Assembly: GCA_004297825.1 (NCBI GenBank)
Contig: SCSX01000036.1
Location: forward strand, 172,680-236,679
DNA: 64,000 nucleotides
Direction: 5' to 3'
Source of the DNA: Spirochaetota bacterium
GTDB taxonomy: Bacteria > Spirochaetota > UBA4802 > UBA5368
Shown: piece after piece, positions 17,608 through 26,187 of the stretch
Layout of the letters: every line of letters starts with the position of its first letter
Numbering within the stretch: position 1 is the stretch's first letter
The notes under the pieces: model-generated
The model's database searches: none
Told to the model about the DNA's origin: nothing
The model's input: the letters and a program-made list of their open reading frames with translations, nothing else
Translations under genes and position numbers: made by a program

Positions 17608-17739
17608 CGCACCCCCCGCTTCCCGGCCGCGCCTAATGCATCGGGAACCGCACGAAGGCCCCCAGGAGCAGGACGAGGGCTATCGCGATAACATGCAGCA
17701 CGAACCACCGAACGCCGAAATACCTGAATTTTTCCATAA

Positions 17740-18252
17740 TTACCCCCAGATCATATGGCCGATCGTGTAGACCAGCGTGATTGCCGCCAGGTGAACCATC
17801 CACCAGCCCATATTGGGATAGCGGTACCACAGGCCCCCGCGCGCCGCTTTCAGGTCGCCGCCGAACATTTCAAGATCGAAGAGCGCCTTTCCGATGAAGA
17901 ACTTCGCCCAGAGAATGAGGATGTCGGGCAATGTAGTCCCGAACACGATTACGTAGAGCGTGACCGGCTGGGGCTCGTGCTGATGCATCAGGTGCGCGAT
18001 CGAGAAATGCGCCATGATTACCGTGCCCAGGATGACCGTAAGGCCGTTCAGCACATAGCCGTAGGATATCGTCTTGCGCGACATGAACAAGGCCGGGATC
18101 ACGAAGATGCTCGCCAAGCCCGAGAAAAATGGAATGTAATTGGCGCTCAGCTTTGCGATATCGTGTATCCGGTAATGAAGACCGAAACCGCCCGCCGCGC
18201 ACACGACCATCCCCGCGAGGAGCAGCCTTTGCAGATTCTGCTTCTGTGTCAT
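17740..18252 (-). CDS. Hypothetical integral membrane protein (4-5 TM)
   Basis: 170 aa with several hydrophobic segments; no motif recognised. A possible 34-aa membrane peptide (17633..17737, MEKFRYFGVRWFVLHVIAIALVLLLGAFVRFPMH) begins at an ATGA overlap with its stop. Confidence 0.5.
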   Translation of the reverse strand: MTQKQNLQRLLLAGMVVCAAGGFGLHYRIHDIAKLSANYIPFFSGLASIFVIPALFMSRKTISYGYVLNGLTVILGTVIMAHFSIAHLMHQHEPQPVTLYVIVFGTTLPDILILWAKFFIGKALFDLEMFGGDLKAARGGLWYRYPNMGWWMVHLAAITLVYTIGHMIWG

Positions 18253-18272
18253 ACCCCCTCCATCGTATTATT

Positions 18273-18440
18273 TTTAACCGCGAATGCACGCGAATAGACG
18301 CGAATGGTCTTGGGAAATTCGCGTTTATTGTTGATCATTCGAGGCCTGATTCGCTCGTTCATCCCCAACAGGCTGTGTTAGTAACCGCGAATAGACGCGA
18401 ACGATCTTTTACAATTCGCGTTCATTGGCGTGCATTCGCG
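18273..18440. repeat. Tandem pair of ~55-nt hairpin elements built from CGCGAAT / ATTCGCG units
   Basis: Copy A 18275-18335 is AACCGCGAATGCACGCGAATAGACGCGAATGGTCTTGGGAAATTCGCGTTTATTG. Copy B 18376-18440 is AACCGCGAATAGACGCGAACGATCTTTTACAATTCGCGTTCATTGGCGTGCATTCGCGGTT. Each has an 8-bp stem ACGCGAAT/ATTCGCGT, and the outer ends form a long-range inverted repeat AACCGCGAATGCACGC...GCGTGCATTCGCGGTT. Confidence 0.7.
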
Positions 18441-18457
18441 GTTGCCTTCTTTATCCA

Positions 18458-19075
18458 TTACAGGCAACGCGCTTTTTGCCCGTCCGCCGCCGAGCCCTCG
18501 ACACAGGAAAGGGTTTCCTCGATTCCCGCGACGACGGCCCCGGCGCGCTCCATTTCGCCGACCGCCCGCGCGCCGTCGCCCGGGTTTACGTCGACCGCGC
18601 GCACGGCCTCGCGCACCACTGTTACGCGAAATCCTTCGCGCAGGGCGTCCAGGACCGTGTTCTTCACGCAGTAGTCGGTCGCGAGCCCCGTGACCACGAC
18701 GGAATCGACGTCCTGTTTGCGGAGCCGTTGGGCGAGGTCCGTGCCGCCGAACCCGGAATAGGATTCGGTCTCCCTTTCCATGGCCTTGGAGATGACGGCG
18801 GCCCCCGGGGGTATGTTCAATCCGGGATGAAATTCCGCGCCGCCGGTCCCGGCCACGCAGTGCGGCGGCCAGATGCCTCCCTGCTCCTTGAACGAGCAAT
18901 GGTCCGCCGGGTGCCAGTCGCGCGTGAGGAAGACCGGCATCCCGTCATCCAGGAAGCGCTCGATGAGCCTGTTGGACGGTTCCAGGACCGCGTCGCCCCC
19001 GCTCACCGCCAGGGCGCCCCCGGGGCAGAAATCGTTCTGTATGTCCACGAGTATGAGCGCTTTTTTCTTCTTCAT
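18458..19075 (-). CDS. pncA: Nicotinamidase PncA (isochorismatase-fold)
   Basis: ...ALILVDIQNDFCPGG..., ...TRDWHPADHCSF... and ...WPPHCVAGTGGAEF... carry the catalytic Asp/Lys/Cys and the metal-binding His residues. Confidence 0.85.
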   Translation of the reverse strand: MKKKKALILVDIQNDFCPGGALAVSGGDAVLEPSNRLIERFLDDGMPVFLTRDWHPADHCSFKEQGGIWPPHCVAGTGGAEFHPGLNIPPGAAVISKAMERETESYSGFGGTDLAQRLRKQDVDSVVVTGLATDYCVKNTVLDALREGFRVTVVREAVRAVDVNPGDGARAVGEMERAGAVVAGIEETLSCVEGSAADGQKARCL

Positions 19076-19104
19076 GGGTGCCTCCAGGAACTAACGGCCT
19101 TGCG

Positions 19105-19200
19105 AATTTATTTAACAGGGATATTCAGGATTAACAGGATAGGGTGTCGATATTGAATGAATCCGTTCATCCTGTCTATCCTGTACATCTTTGTTAATTG
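19105..19200. repeat. Complete palindromic copy (E3) of the ATCCTGT element in the pncB-pncA spacer
   Basis: Left arm 19105-19143, read as its reverse complement, is CCCTATCCTGTTAATCCTGAATATCCCTGTTAAATAAAT. A 15-nt spacer follows. Right arm 19159-19200 is AATCCGTTCATCCTGTCTATCCTGTACATCTTTGTTAATTG. Confidence 0.7.
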
Positions 19201-19243
19201 CCTTTTCTTCCATTGTCCTTACCCCGTCATACGCGGTGCATGG

Positions 19244-20455
19244 TCACGCGTTCACCCGCTCGAGGCGCGGGTTGGGACTGAAAGACCGTCCCTCCTTCGC
19301 GCAGTGTCTCCCGGCGACCCGCACGATATCCGCGGTGTAATCGAACTGTCCCCTGACGAGGCAGCTTCCCACGCCGAACACATCCACCGGTGCGCCCATC
19401 TTCACGAACTGCGAAATGCGCTCCGGCGTGAAGCCGCCGGACACGATAATCTTCACGCCGTGGAACCCTTCCCTGTCCAGGGCCTCGCGCGTCATGAAGA
19501 CGAGCTCCGGGACCACGCCCGTGGGCGCGAAGCGCCCCATAACCGGGATGAGCGACCTGTCCACCATGTTCTCGGAGGTGTCCAGGCGCACGCCCCACAG
19601 GCGATCGCCCAGCGCGCGGCAGCACTCGAGCGCCGTGGCAACGCTGTCGTTCGCGAAGTCCACGAGCGCGACCAGGTTCGCCTCCGGGTAGCTCTCGCCG
19701 AACATCCTGACCGCGGTCATCGTGTCTCCCCCCGTCGCGGCGATAAGGGCATGGGGCACCGTTCCCGATCCCTTCGCGCCCCACCACCCCGCCTGCGCGT
19801 CCGTGGAGACGCCGGAGGCGCCGCCAATGTGCGCCGCGTACCCGTCGCCGCCCTGGACGGCCCAGTGGTCGAAGCGCGCCGGGAAATAGAGCACCAGAGC
19901 GCCGTTCGCCGCGCGGACCACGTTGCGCACGTTGGTCGCGATCCTCGTGCGGCGTGCGAGTATGCCCAGGTAAATCGTTTCCAGGTGCGCGAAAAGGCTC
20001 GCGTCGCCCGTTATGTGCATCACGGTTTCCCACGACGCGATCGCATCCCCGTCGTACAGGGCGTTTATCGTAAGCCCGCTAAACCCGTCTTCCCACAGCG
20101 CGTCAAGCTCGCTCGATATCTCGATCTTTTTTCGCACGACCTCCATGTAGGCGTCCTTGTCCGGGAGGAAGAGCGCGCGGCCCGTCTGTTTGAGCTCCAT
20201 GAGCCGGTCGAAGAGCATGTATGCCTTCGCATAATCGGTGTAGCGGCCGCTCGCGAGCTTGAGCACCGCGATCGCCTCGTCGATGCCGCACAGCACCGCG
20301 TCCTTCTTCTGGAAGACCTGCATGGTCACCTCGGGTCGCAGCCCGTGCTCCTCCAGGGTGATCTTTTCCCGCCAGAAGTAGATATCGCTCAGGTAGCCGC
20401 GCCGCAGCTCCTGCGCCGGGAGATCGAACAGGTGGCTTTCCAGGCGTTTTTTCAT
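19244..20455 (-). CDS. pncB: Nicotinate phosphoribosyltransferase (PncB family)
   Basis: ~400-aa NAPRTase-like sequence directly upstream of pncA in the same orientation. Start placed at MKKRLESH; the ORF extends to 20500. The antisense ORF 19157..20557 is rejected. Confidence 0.8.
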   Translation of the reverse strand: MKKRLESHLFDLPAQELRRGYLSDIYFWREKITLEEHGLRPEVTMQVFQKKDAVLCGIDEAIAVLKLASGRYTDYAKAYMLFDRLMELKQTGRALFLPDKDAYMEVVRKKIEISSELDALWEDGFSGLTINALYDGDAIASWETVMHITGDASLFAHLETIYLGILARRTRIATNVRNVVRAANGALVLYFPARFDHWAVQGGDGYAAHIGGASGVSTDAQAGWWGAKGSGTVPHALIAATGGDTMTAVRMFGESYPEANLVALVDFANDSVATALECCRALGDRLWGVRLDTSENMVDRSLIPVMGRFAPTGVVPELVFMTREALDREGFHGVKIIVSGGFTPERISQFVKMGAPVDVFGVGSCLVRGQFDYTADIVRVAGRHCAKEGRSFSPNPRLERVNA

Positions 20456-20595
20456 TTCGTGCGCTCTCCTGCCGCAGACCCGCGTATCGGCCGCGTGCAC
20501 CTAATATACAAAAAATCGGGACGCCTATCACTGCGGGCGCTCAGAAATGCCCGGTGACGCGATCGCACTGCCGGGATGCGGACAGGACCCTTTTC

Positions 20596-20781
20596 TCAGG
20601 AGATCGTGATGGCCTCGACGGGGCAGTCCTCGGCGGCCTGCCGCGCGAGGGTTTCGTGCTCCTCCGGGACCGGGTTCGCATAGGCGACCGCGACGTCGCC
20701 CTCCATCCGGAATACCTCCGGGCATGTCTGCGCGCAGAGCTCGCACCCGGTACACGTGTCCTTGTCGACCGTCGCCTTCAT
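20596..20781 (-). CDS. Small [4Fe-4S] ferredoxin
   Basis: MKATVDKDTCTGCELCAQTCPEVF...DCPVEAITIS: a CxxCxxC...CP motif in a 61-aa protein. The longer annotated ORF is an upstream read-through. Confidence 0.7.
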   Translation of the reverse strand: MKATVDKDTCTGCELCAQTCPEVFRMEGDVAVAYANPVPEEHETLARQAAEDCPVEAITIS

Positions 20782-20893
20782 GAGAACCTCCGTTGAAAAT
20801 GTATTCCTGGAACCATTTAAGTGCCCGCGTTCACGGCCCGGACGGGCGCCGATTCGCGGGGTCCCGGTTCCGCGGCACCCAGGAAGGGCCGTG

Positions 20894-21505
20894 CTAGCGC
20901 GAAAGCTTGAGCGCGATCTCCGCCACCCGTTTCCCCTGGAACCGGGCTGCCGCAAGCTCATTCTCGCTGGGGAGCCGCTCGCCCCGACCGCCGGCTATGG
21001 TGCTCGCCCCGTACGGGGAGCCGCCGGTGATCTCGTCGATGCGCATCTGTCCCTTGAAAGAATACGGCAGTCCCACGATCACCATGCCGAAATGGAGCAG
21101 GTTCACGTGGAAGCCCAGGATCGTGGATTCCTGCCCGCCGTGCTGCGTCGCCGAGCTCGTAAACACGCTGCCCACGCGGCCCTCGAGTACGCCCTTGTCC
21201 CACAGCGCGCCGGTCGAGTCCAGGAAGGAGCGCATCTGCCCAATCATGTTCCCGTAGCGCGTGGGGGTTCCAAAAATTATCGCGTCCGCTTGTTCCAGGT
21301 CGTCGAGCGTGGCGACGGGAACATGCGCGTAGACCTTCGAGGCCGCCTCGATCCCGGTCTTTTTCAGCAGCTCGGGCGACAGGGTTTCGGGCACCCTTTT
21401 TAAAATCGCCTCGGCGCCGGGGACCTCGCGCACCCCCTGCGCGACCGCCTCGGCCATGCGATAGATATGCCCATAGGCCGAGTAAAACAGTATCAGCACC
21501 TTCAT
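20894..21505 (-). CDS. wrbA: NAD(P)H:quinone oxidoreductase WrbA (flavodoxin-like)
   Basis: [25 protein letters not shown]...[12 protein letters not shown]...[13 protein letters not shown] matches WrbA. Start at the internal Met; the ORF extends to 21718. Confidence 0.85.
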   Translation of the reverse strand: MKVLILFYSAYGHIYRMAEAVAQGVREVPGAEAILKRVPETLSPELLKKTGIEAASKVYAHVPVATLDDLEQADAIIFGTPTRYGNMIGQMRSFLDSTGALWDKGVLEGRVGSVFTSSATQHGGQESTILGFHVNLLHFGMVIVGLPYSFKGQMRIDEITGGSPYGASTIAGGRGERLPSENELAAARFQGKRVAEIALKLSR

Positions 21506-21638
21506 TGAAGTTCCTCGCTTATTTGCTGTGAAAGATGTGGATGAAACATACAGAGGGCATTGGCCAGAGTCAATTTCCGGCCGGTCGCGATGAGGGCTTC
21601 GAGAATCGCCGGGTAGGGGATATATGGTCAATAACCGT

Positions 21639-21667
21639 TTGACATTTGGATTTTCCGATAGTATCTT
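21639..21667 (+). promoter_or_regulatory. Candidate sigma-70 promoter for sod (TTGACA-17-TATCTT)
   Basis: TTGACA at 21639-21644, a 17-nt spacer, TATCTT at 21662-21667. The sod ATG lies ~200 nt downstream and is preceded by the RBS AAAGGAGG. Confidence 0.5.
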
Positions 21668-21867
21668 CATTTCATCACGCATGGAAAACGTATGGGCTTT
21701 CGCTTCGCGAAGGCTCATATAATTATGTCCGCATCAGGATTCGGTATGAAAGCGGTGCATTTCAACTTCTTCGAATGCCGGGGCGTGCCATGCGATTCCA
21801 GGATGCACCCGTGCCTTCACCGCACGGGAAAACTCAAAACAAGATGTACAGAACCAAAGGAGGAGAA

Positions 21868-22458
21868 ATGGCAATTACGCTTCCAAACCTGCCTTATGAA
21901 ATGAACGCGTTAGAGCCCTATATCAGCGCGAGGACGCTCGAGTTCCACCACGGCAAACATCATAATGCATACGTAACGAACCTCGGGAAGCTCATCGCGG
22001 GCACGGATCTCGAGACAATGAATCTCGAGGACATCATAAAGAAAAGCGCAGGCGACGCGGCCCGGGCGGGCATCTTCAATAATTCCGCCCAGGTGTGGAA
22101 CCACTCATTCTACTGGAAGTGCATGAAGAAAGGCGGCGGCGGAAAGCCCGCGGGAAAAATCGGGGGCATGATCGACAAGGCGTTTGGCGGGTTCGACAAG
22201 TTCGTCGAAGAGATGAAGAACGCCGCGGTCACCCAGTTCGGAAGCGGATGGGCCTGGCTGGTGGAGGAGGGCGGGGCCCTCAAGATCATGAAGACCGGGA
22301 ACGCCGACCTTCCCCTCGTGCACGGGGCGAAGGCGCTCCTCACGATCGACGTATGGGAACACGCTTATTACCTGGACTACCAGAACCGCAGGCCCGATTA
22401 CGCGGCGGCGTTTATGGAGCACCTCGTGAACTGGGAGTTTGTGGAGTCCTGCCTGTAG
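21868..22458 (+). CDS. sodA: Fe/Mn superoxide dismutase
   Basis: ...LEFHHGKHHNAYVTNLN..., ...WNHSFYW... and ...DVWEHAYYLDYQNRRPDY... carry the metal ligands and SOD signatures. The RBS AGGAGG sits 6 nt upstream. I cannot tell Fe from Mn specificity. Confidence 0.9.
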   Translation: MAITLPNLPYEMNALEPYISARTLEFHHGKHHNAYVTNLGKLIAGTDLETMNLEDIIKKSAGDAARAGIFNNSAQVWNHSFYWKCMKKGGGGKPAGKIGGMIDKAFGGFDKFVEEMKNAAVTQFGSGWAWLVEEGGALKIMKTGNADLPLVHGAKALLTIDVWEHAYYLDYQNRRPDYAAAFMEHLVNWEFVESCL

Positions 22459-22520
22459 TAAGAATCTGCCGCCGGGGGGCCGCGGGTAAACCGCGCTCCC
22501 GGCAGCAACAATCCCCTACC

Positions 22521-22799
22521 TCACCCGGATCCACCGGCCTTGATTCCCGGACGTGAGCCCGCGGCGCCGGCCGGCTCATAGGAAATGGCCGCGACGGGAC
22601 ATGAATCGATCACGAGCTCGCAGTCGCAGATAGCGCAGGCCTCCGTGTTCCGGGCCACCGCGCGCCTCTCCGTAAGCGCGAACACCTTCGGCTTGATGAG
22701 CCAGACCTTTTCCTCCCTGAGCTCGAACACCTTCGGGCAGATCTCCACACACAATCCGCAGCCGATGCAAAGATCAGGATCAATAATCAACGAATGCAT
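22521..22799 (-). CDS. 2x[4Fe-4S] ferredoxin
   Basis: CIGCGLCVEICP and CAICDCELVIDSCP motifs in 92 aa. Confidence 0.7.
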   Translation of the reverse strand: MHSLIIDPDLCIGCGLCVEICPKVFELREEKVWLIKPKVFALTERRAVARNTEACAICDCELVIDSCPVAAISYEPAGAAGSRPGIKAGGSG

Positions 22800-22905
22800 A
22801 CGTGTTTCCTCGCTCCCGAAAGCTATTTTTTGCGGTTACGCGACGCTACCCGGCGCTTCTCGCGTCATGATGATGCCCCGATGCATCTTTAAGATAACGA
22901 AACAA

Positions 22906-23913
22906 TCACCCGGTTTCCATTCCGATTTTTTCACGGGCCTCCCCGAAGCTGAGCAGGGTGCCGGTAGCCTCGTCCCACAGGTGGTAGCGCAGCGACCTGA
23001 AGCTCCTGAACAGGGTGATCGGGATCGTGTAATGCAGGTCGGGCACCTCGTCGTAGCACTTCTTGAGCCTGTAACAGGGGATCCTGGGTTTCGCGTGGTG
23101 AATGTTATGGTAGCCGATATTTCCCGAGAACCAGCGCAGCACCGCGGGGAGATTGTAGAACGAGCTCCCGTTCATGGCGGCGCTGATCAGGTCCCATTCC
23201 CCCTGGTGCGCCCAGTACACCTCCCTGAACTGGTGCTGGATGAAAAAAAGCCACATGCCGGTCGAGGTCGCGAGAACCAGGATGGGCATCTGGATCGCGA
23301 AATAGGTTCCGATACCGATCGTGAAGTACGAAGCGATCATGATGGCCGCGAGCACCACGTTGGTGAAAGCGATGCTGAAATAATCCTTGCGCCGGGTGCT
23401 CTTCTGCGGAAAGCGATACATGATGAAAAACAGGAATATGGGGGCGATCACGAAGAGAAACCAGGGATTCCTGAAAAACCGGTAGAGCAGCCTGTACCGG
23501 GGCGCCGATACGCGGTATTCCGCCAGGGTCATGGTCCACACGTCGCCGATGCCGCGCTTGTCGAGATTCGAAACGTTCGCGTGGTGAATGCCGTGGTTCC
23601 GCTGCCAGTCGAAAAACGGCGTGAAGGTGAATACGCCGCACACGTGGCCCAGGATGAAACAGGCGTACTTGGATTTCATGAACGACATGTGGGAACAGTC
23701 GTGCAGTATCATGAACGTGCGAATGTAAAAGCCCGTGGCCAGGACCGCCATGAGCAGCACCGTCCAGTACGGGTACCCCGCATCGAGCACAAAGTACATG
23801 AGCGCCAGCATCGCCAGGTAGGGGACCACTGATGTGCAGATATAAAGGAGCGATCGGCTGATATCGGCGTATGCGTACGGCTGCAATTTATCGAACCAGT
23901 CAGGTCTCTTCAT
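22906..23913 (-). CDS. Membrane fatty-acid desaturase (three His-box family)
   Basis: His boxes HDCSH, HGIHH and HNIHH, plus multiple TM segments. The antisense 415-aa ORF is rejected. Confidence 0.85.
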   Translation of the reverse strand: MKRPDWFDKLQPYAYADISRSLLYICTSVVPYLAMLALMYFVLDAGYPYWTVLLMAVLATGFYIRTFMILHDCSHMSFMKSKYACFILGHVCGVFTFTPFFDWQRNHGIHHANVSNLDKRGIGDVWTMTLAEYRVSAPRYRLLYRFFRNPWFLFVIAPIFLFFIMYRFPQKSTRRKDYFSIAFTNVVLAAIMIASYFTIGIGTYFAIQMPILVLATSTGMWLFFIQHQFREVYWAHQGEWDLISAAMNGSSFYNLPAVLRWFSGNIGYHNIHHAKPRIPCYRLKKCYDEVPDLHYTIPITLFRSFRSLRYHLWDEATGTLLSFGEAREKIGMETG

Positions 23914-24350
23914 GGCATATTTCCCGAATCGTTAAAGGTGCTGGAATTATAAACGGGCCTGCATATAATAAAATACATTTTTCTCGGACCGTCTACTACG
24001 CGAACCGATGCGGGCAAGGGCGGGATGACGCGGGCCGTACCGAGCGGATTGGGGGTGTACCCTGGGAAATGGCGCTTTTTTCAAGCGCGACGCGGGGGAA
24101 GCACGGTTCGATAAGGACGTAGCGAAATTGCATATTAGAATCTCGAATCAGCAGACAGGTTCCCGATTTGGTGTTGACCGTTGGAATTGCATCGGTTATG
24201 GCAGTCAAGCACGGGAGGCGGACGGGCGGTATCGGCGCGTACGCGCCATGATCCTGTCCCGGCGATTCGACCGTTATGCGATAATTAGGGCGGCGCGGGT
24301 GTTCCGTTTCAGGGCCGGTGAAAGGACGCGCGAACCCGGGGAGGCATGAA

Positions 24351-24785
24351 ATGACGAGGACCGAAAAAGCGCTCGCGATGTTCAAAAACGGATCCGCCTG
24401 TTCGCAGGCGATTCTCGCGGCCTTCGGCCCGGGACTGGGGCTGGGGGAGGCCCTCGCGCACAGGCTCGCGACGGGGCTGGGCGCGGGCCTGGGGCGCAAG
24501 CAGTACGTGTGCGGGGCGATCAGCGCGGGGGTGCTGGTGCTGGGACTTAAATACGGCAATGAGCGCCCGGAGGAGGGCGTGATCAAAGAGGAGGCGTACA
24601 CGATCACGCGTGAGTTTATCGACGCCCTGGAGTGCGAGCTGGGCAGCTCCTCGTGCAGGGAGCTCCTGGGCGCGCCGATACTCACCGACGAAGAACGCAA
24701 GGCCGCGCGGGAGCGCGGCCTGTTCGACACGATCTGCCCGCGGTGCGTGGAGGCCGTGGCGAGAAGGCTCGAAGGCCTGGTGTAG
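24351..24785 (+). CDS. C_GCAxxG_C_C family redox protein
   Basis: ...NGSACSQAIL..., ...YVCGAISAGVLVLG... and a C-terminal ...CPRCVEAV fit the family's conserved Cys pattern. RBS GGGAGG lies upstream. Confidence 0.75.
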   Translation: MTRTEKALAMFKNGSACSQAILAAFGPGLGLGEALAHRLATGLGAGLGRKQYVCGAISAGVLVLGLKYGNERPEEGVIKEEAYTITREFIDALECELGSSSCRELLGAPILTDEERKAARERGLFDTICPRCVEAVARRLEGLV

Positions 24786-24898
24786 GAGCGTCGTGCGTTT
24801 TTTACGGGAGGCCGCACGCGTCCTTCGATCCGGGGCGAGCTCCGTTTTCACCGCGCGGCCGGGTCGCGGGTGTGCCGCAGGTCGTTGACCTTCGAGGA

Positions 24899-25768
24899 AT
24901 GCCGATGAGAATAATCTCCATCCTTCTAATAATTCTCGCGACCCTGTGCGCACCGCTCGGTGCGCTCCCTGCAGAAACTGACGGTGTTCAGCCGGAAAAA
25001 ACCGATACGCGAAGCCCGGGCATCTTCGACAACCTGGGGGGCAACATTTACGATTCGTTTATCGGACCCCTTGGGCTTCTGCATCTCGCCGCGATCCCCT
25101 CCACGTATGCGCTCTCCCAGTACGGGACGGATTACCGTGTGCAGAAATATTTCGAGGAGCATGACCGGCTGGGGGCGCTCTACGAACCGGCCGCGTATAT
25201 CGGGTATCTCCTGCCCGTCGTCGTGGCGGGACCCCTCTATCTCCACGGCAGAATCGCGGGCGACAACGAAACGTTGGGCGCGGGGTGCGCGGCGGCGCAG
25301 GCGATGCTCGTCGCGGTTTCGTACACGACGATCCTGAAAGGGCTCACAGGGCGTCCGCACCCGGATGCGTACTACGAAGGCGACCGGCACGCCTACGCCC
25401 GGGAGTTCAATATCGGGCTCGCGCGCGGGAGCCTGCACTGGGGATGGCCCTCCGGCCACACCTGCGTGACCATGGCGACGGCGACCGCGCTCACCGCGTA
25501 CTATCCCGGCAACCCCTGGGTCGCGGCGGGCGGGTATTCGCTCACCGCGTACATGATGGTGGGTATGCTCGGGGCGCACAGGAGCTCAGCGCACTGGTTT
25601 TCGGACATCGTCGCGGGCGCGCTCATGGGCGTGCCCATCGGCTGGACAATAGGAAAATACTACCGGCGCGCGGTGAATGGGCTTGAGGAGCCGGGCGCCG
25701 CCCGCACTGAAGTCATGCCGATCGTCGCGCCGGGGTTTGCGGGGATGGCGGGGATGTGCAGGTTGTAA
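24899..25768 (+). CDS. Secreted PAP2-family phosphatase
   Basis: Signal peptide MPMRIISILLIILATLCAPLGA. PAP2 motifs KGLTGRPHP (KX6RP), WPSGH, and SAHWFSDIVAG (SRX5HX3D-like). Confidence 0.75.
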   Translation: MPMRIISILLIILATLCAPLGALPAETDGVQPEKTDTRSPGIFDNLGGNIYDSFIGPLGLLHLAAIPSTYALSQYGTDYRVQKYFEEHDRLGALYEPAAYIGYLLPVVVAGPLYLHGRIAGDNETLGAGCAAAQAMLVAVSYTTILKGLTGRPHPDAYYEGDRHAYAREFNIGLARGSLHWGWPSGHTCVTMATATALTAYYPGNPWVAAGGYSLTAYMMVGMLGAHRSSAHWFSDIVAGALMGVPIGWTIGKYYRRAVNGLEEPGAARTEVMPIVAPGFAGMAGMCRL

Positions 25769-25774
25769 TTTTCT

Positions 25775-25860
25775 AATTTTGCCGGGAAGGCATGGTACAG
25801 GATTTGGCGGGAATGCTCGCTCTACAAGGGATATTTCCGGCCTGTGAAAAGGGGGCGGGG
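25775..25860. repeat. Repeat family R2, copy 1 (~85 nt, ~85% identical to 53158-53245)
   Basis: AATTTTGCCGGGAAGGCATGGTACAGGATTTGGCGGGAATGCTCGCTCTACAAGGGATATTTCCGGCCTGTGAAAAGGGGGCGGGG aligns with AAATTTCGCGGAGAAGATATGGTGCAGGATATGGAGGGAGTGCTCGCTCTACAAGGGGTATTTCCGGCCCATGAAGCGGGGGCCGT. Confidence 0.7.
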
Positions 25861-25998
25861 GGATTCGCATCCTCCTTTTAAAAGTGCTCCTGATGACCCT
25901 CATGAAGATCGGCCCCCCGTTATCCGGAGCAGATGATGGTTGACAATCTGTACCGAATACAATAATTTTGTATGAGCAACTAAAGGAGTATTACGACC

Positions 25999-26187
25999 AT
26001 GGGTACGGCGTTAAAGAAAGAAGACGCAAAATCATCAATAGGCAACCTGCCGGAAAACGCGACGTGGGAAGACCTCATGTATGAAATATATGTCCGCGAA
26101 GCGGTCGAGGCGGGCCTCGAAGACAGTAAGGCCGGGCGTCTTACCGAGGTCGGAGAGCTTCGAAAGGAATTCGGATTGCCCAAGTGA
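25999..26187 (+). CDS. Putative type II antitoxin (RelB/ParD-like partner of the downstream ParE)
   Basis: 62 aa. Its stop TGA overlaps the GTG start of the ParE-like ORF. The C-terminus ...WEDLMYEIYVREAVEAGLEDSKAGRLTEVGELRKEFGL resembles RelB-type toxin-binding tails. Confidence 0.6.
   Translation: MGTALKKEDAKSSIGNLPENATWEDLMYEIYVREAVEAGLEDSKAGRLTEVGELRKEFGLPK

Noticed and set aside
17633-17830. 65-aa ORF overlapping the 3' end of the membrane-protein gene
   Set aside because: Only the last 34 codons, which form a TM-like peptide starting at an ATGA overlap, look plausible. Support is too weak to call as a feature, so I mention it only in the evidence of the neighbouring gene.
19157-20557. 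466-aa ORF antisense to pncB, and 19227..20033
   Set aside because: They lie opposite a recognisable NAPRTase and have Arg/Pro-rich artefact composition.
22585-23832. 415-aa ORF antisense to the desaturase
   Set aside because: The desaturase strand carries three His boxes; the antisense strand has none.
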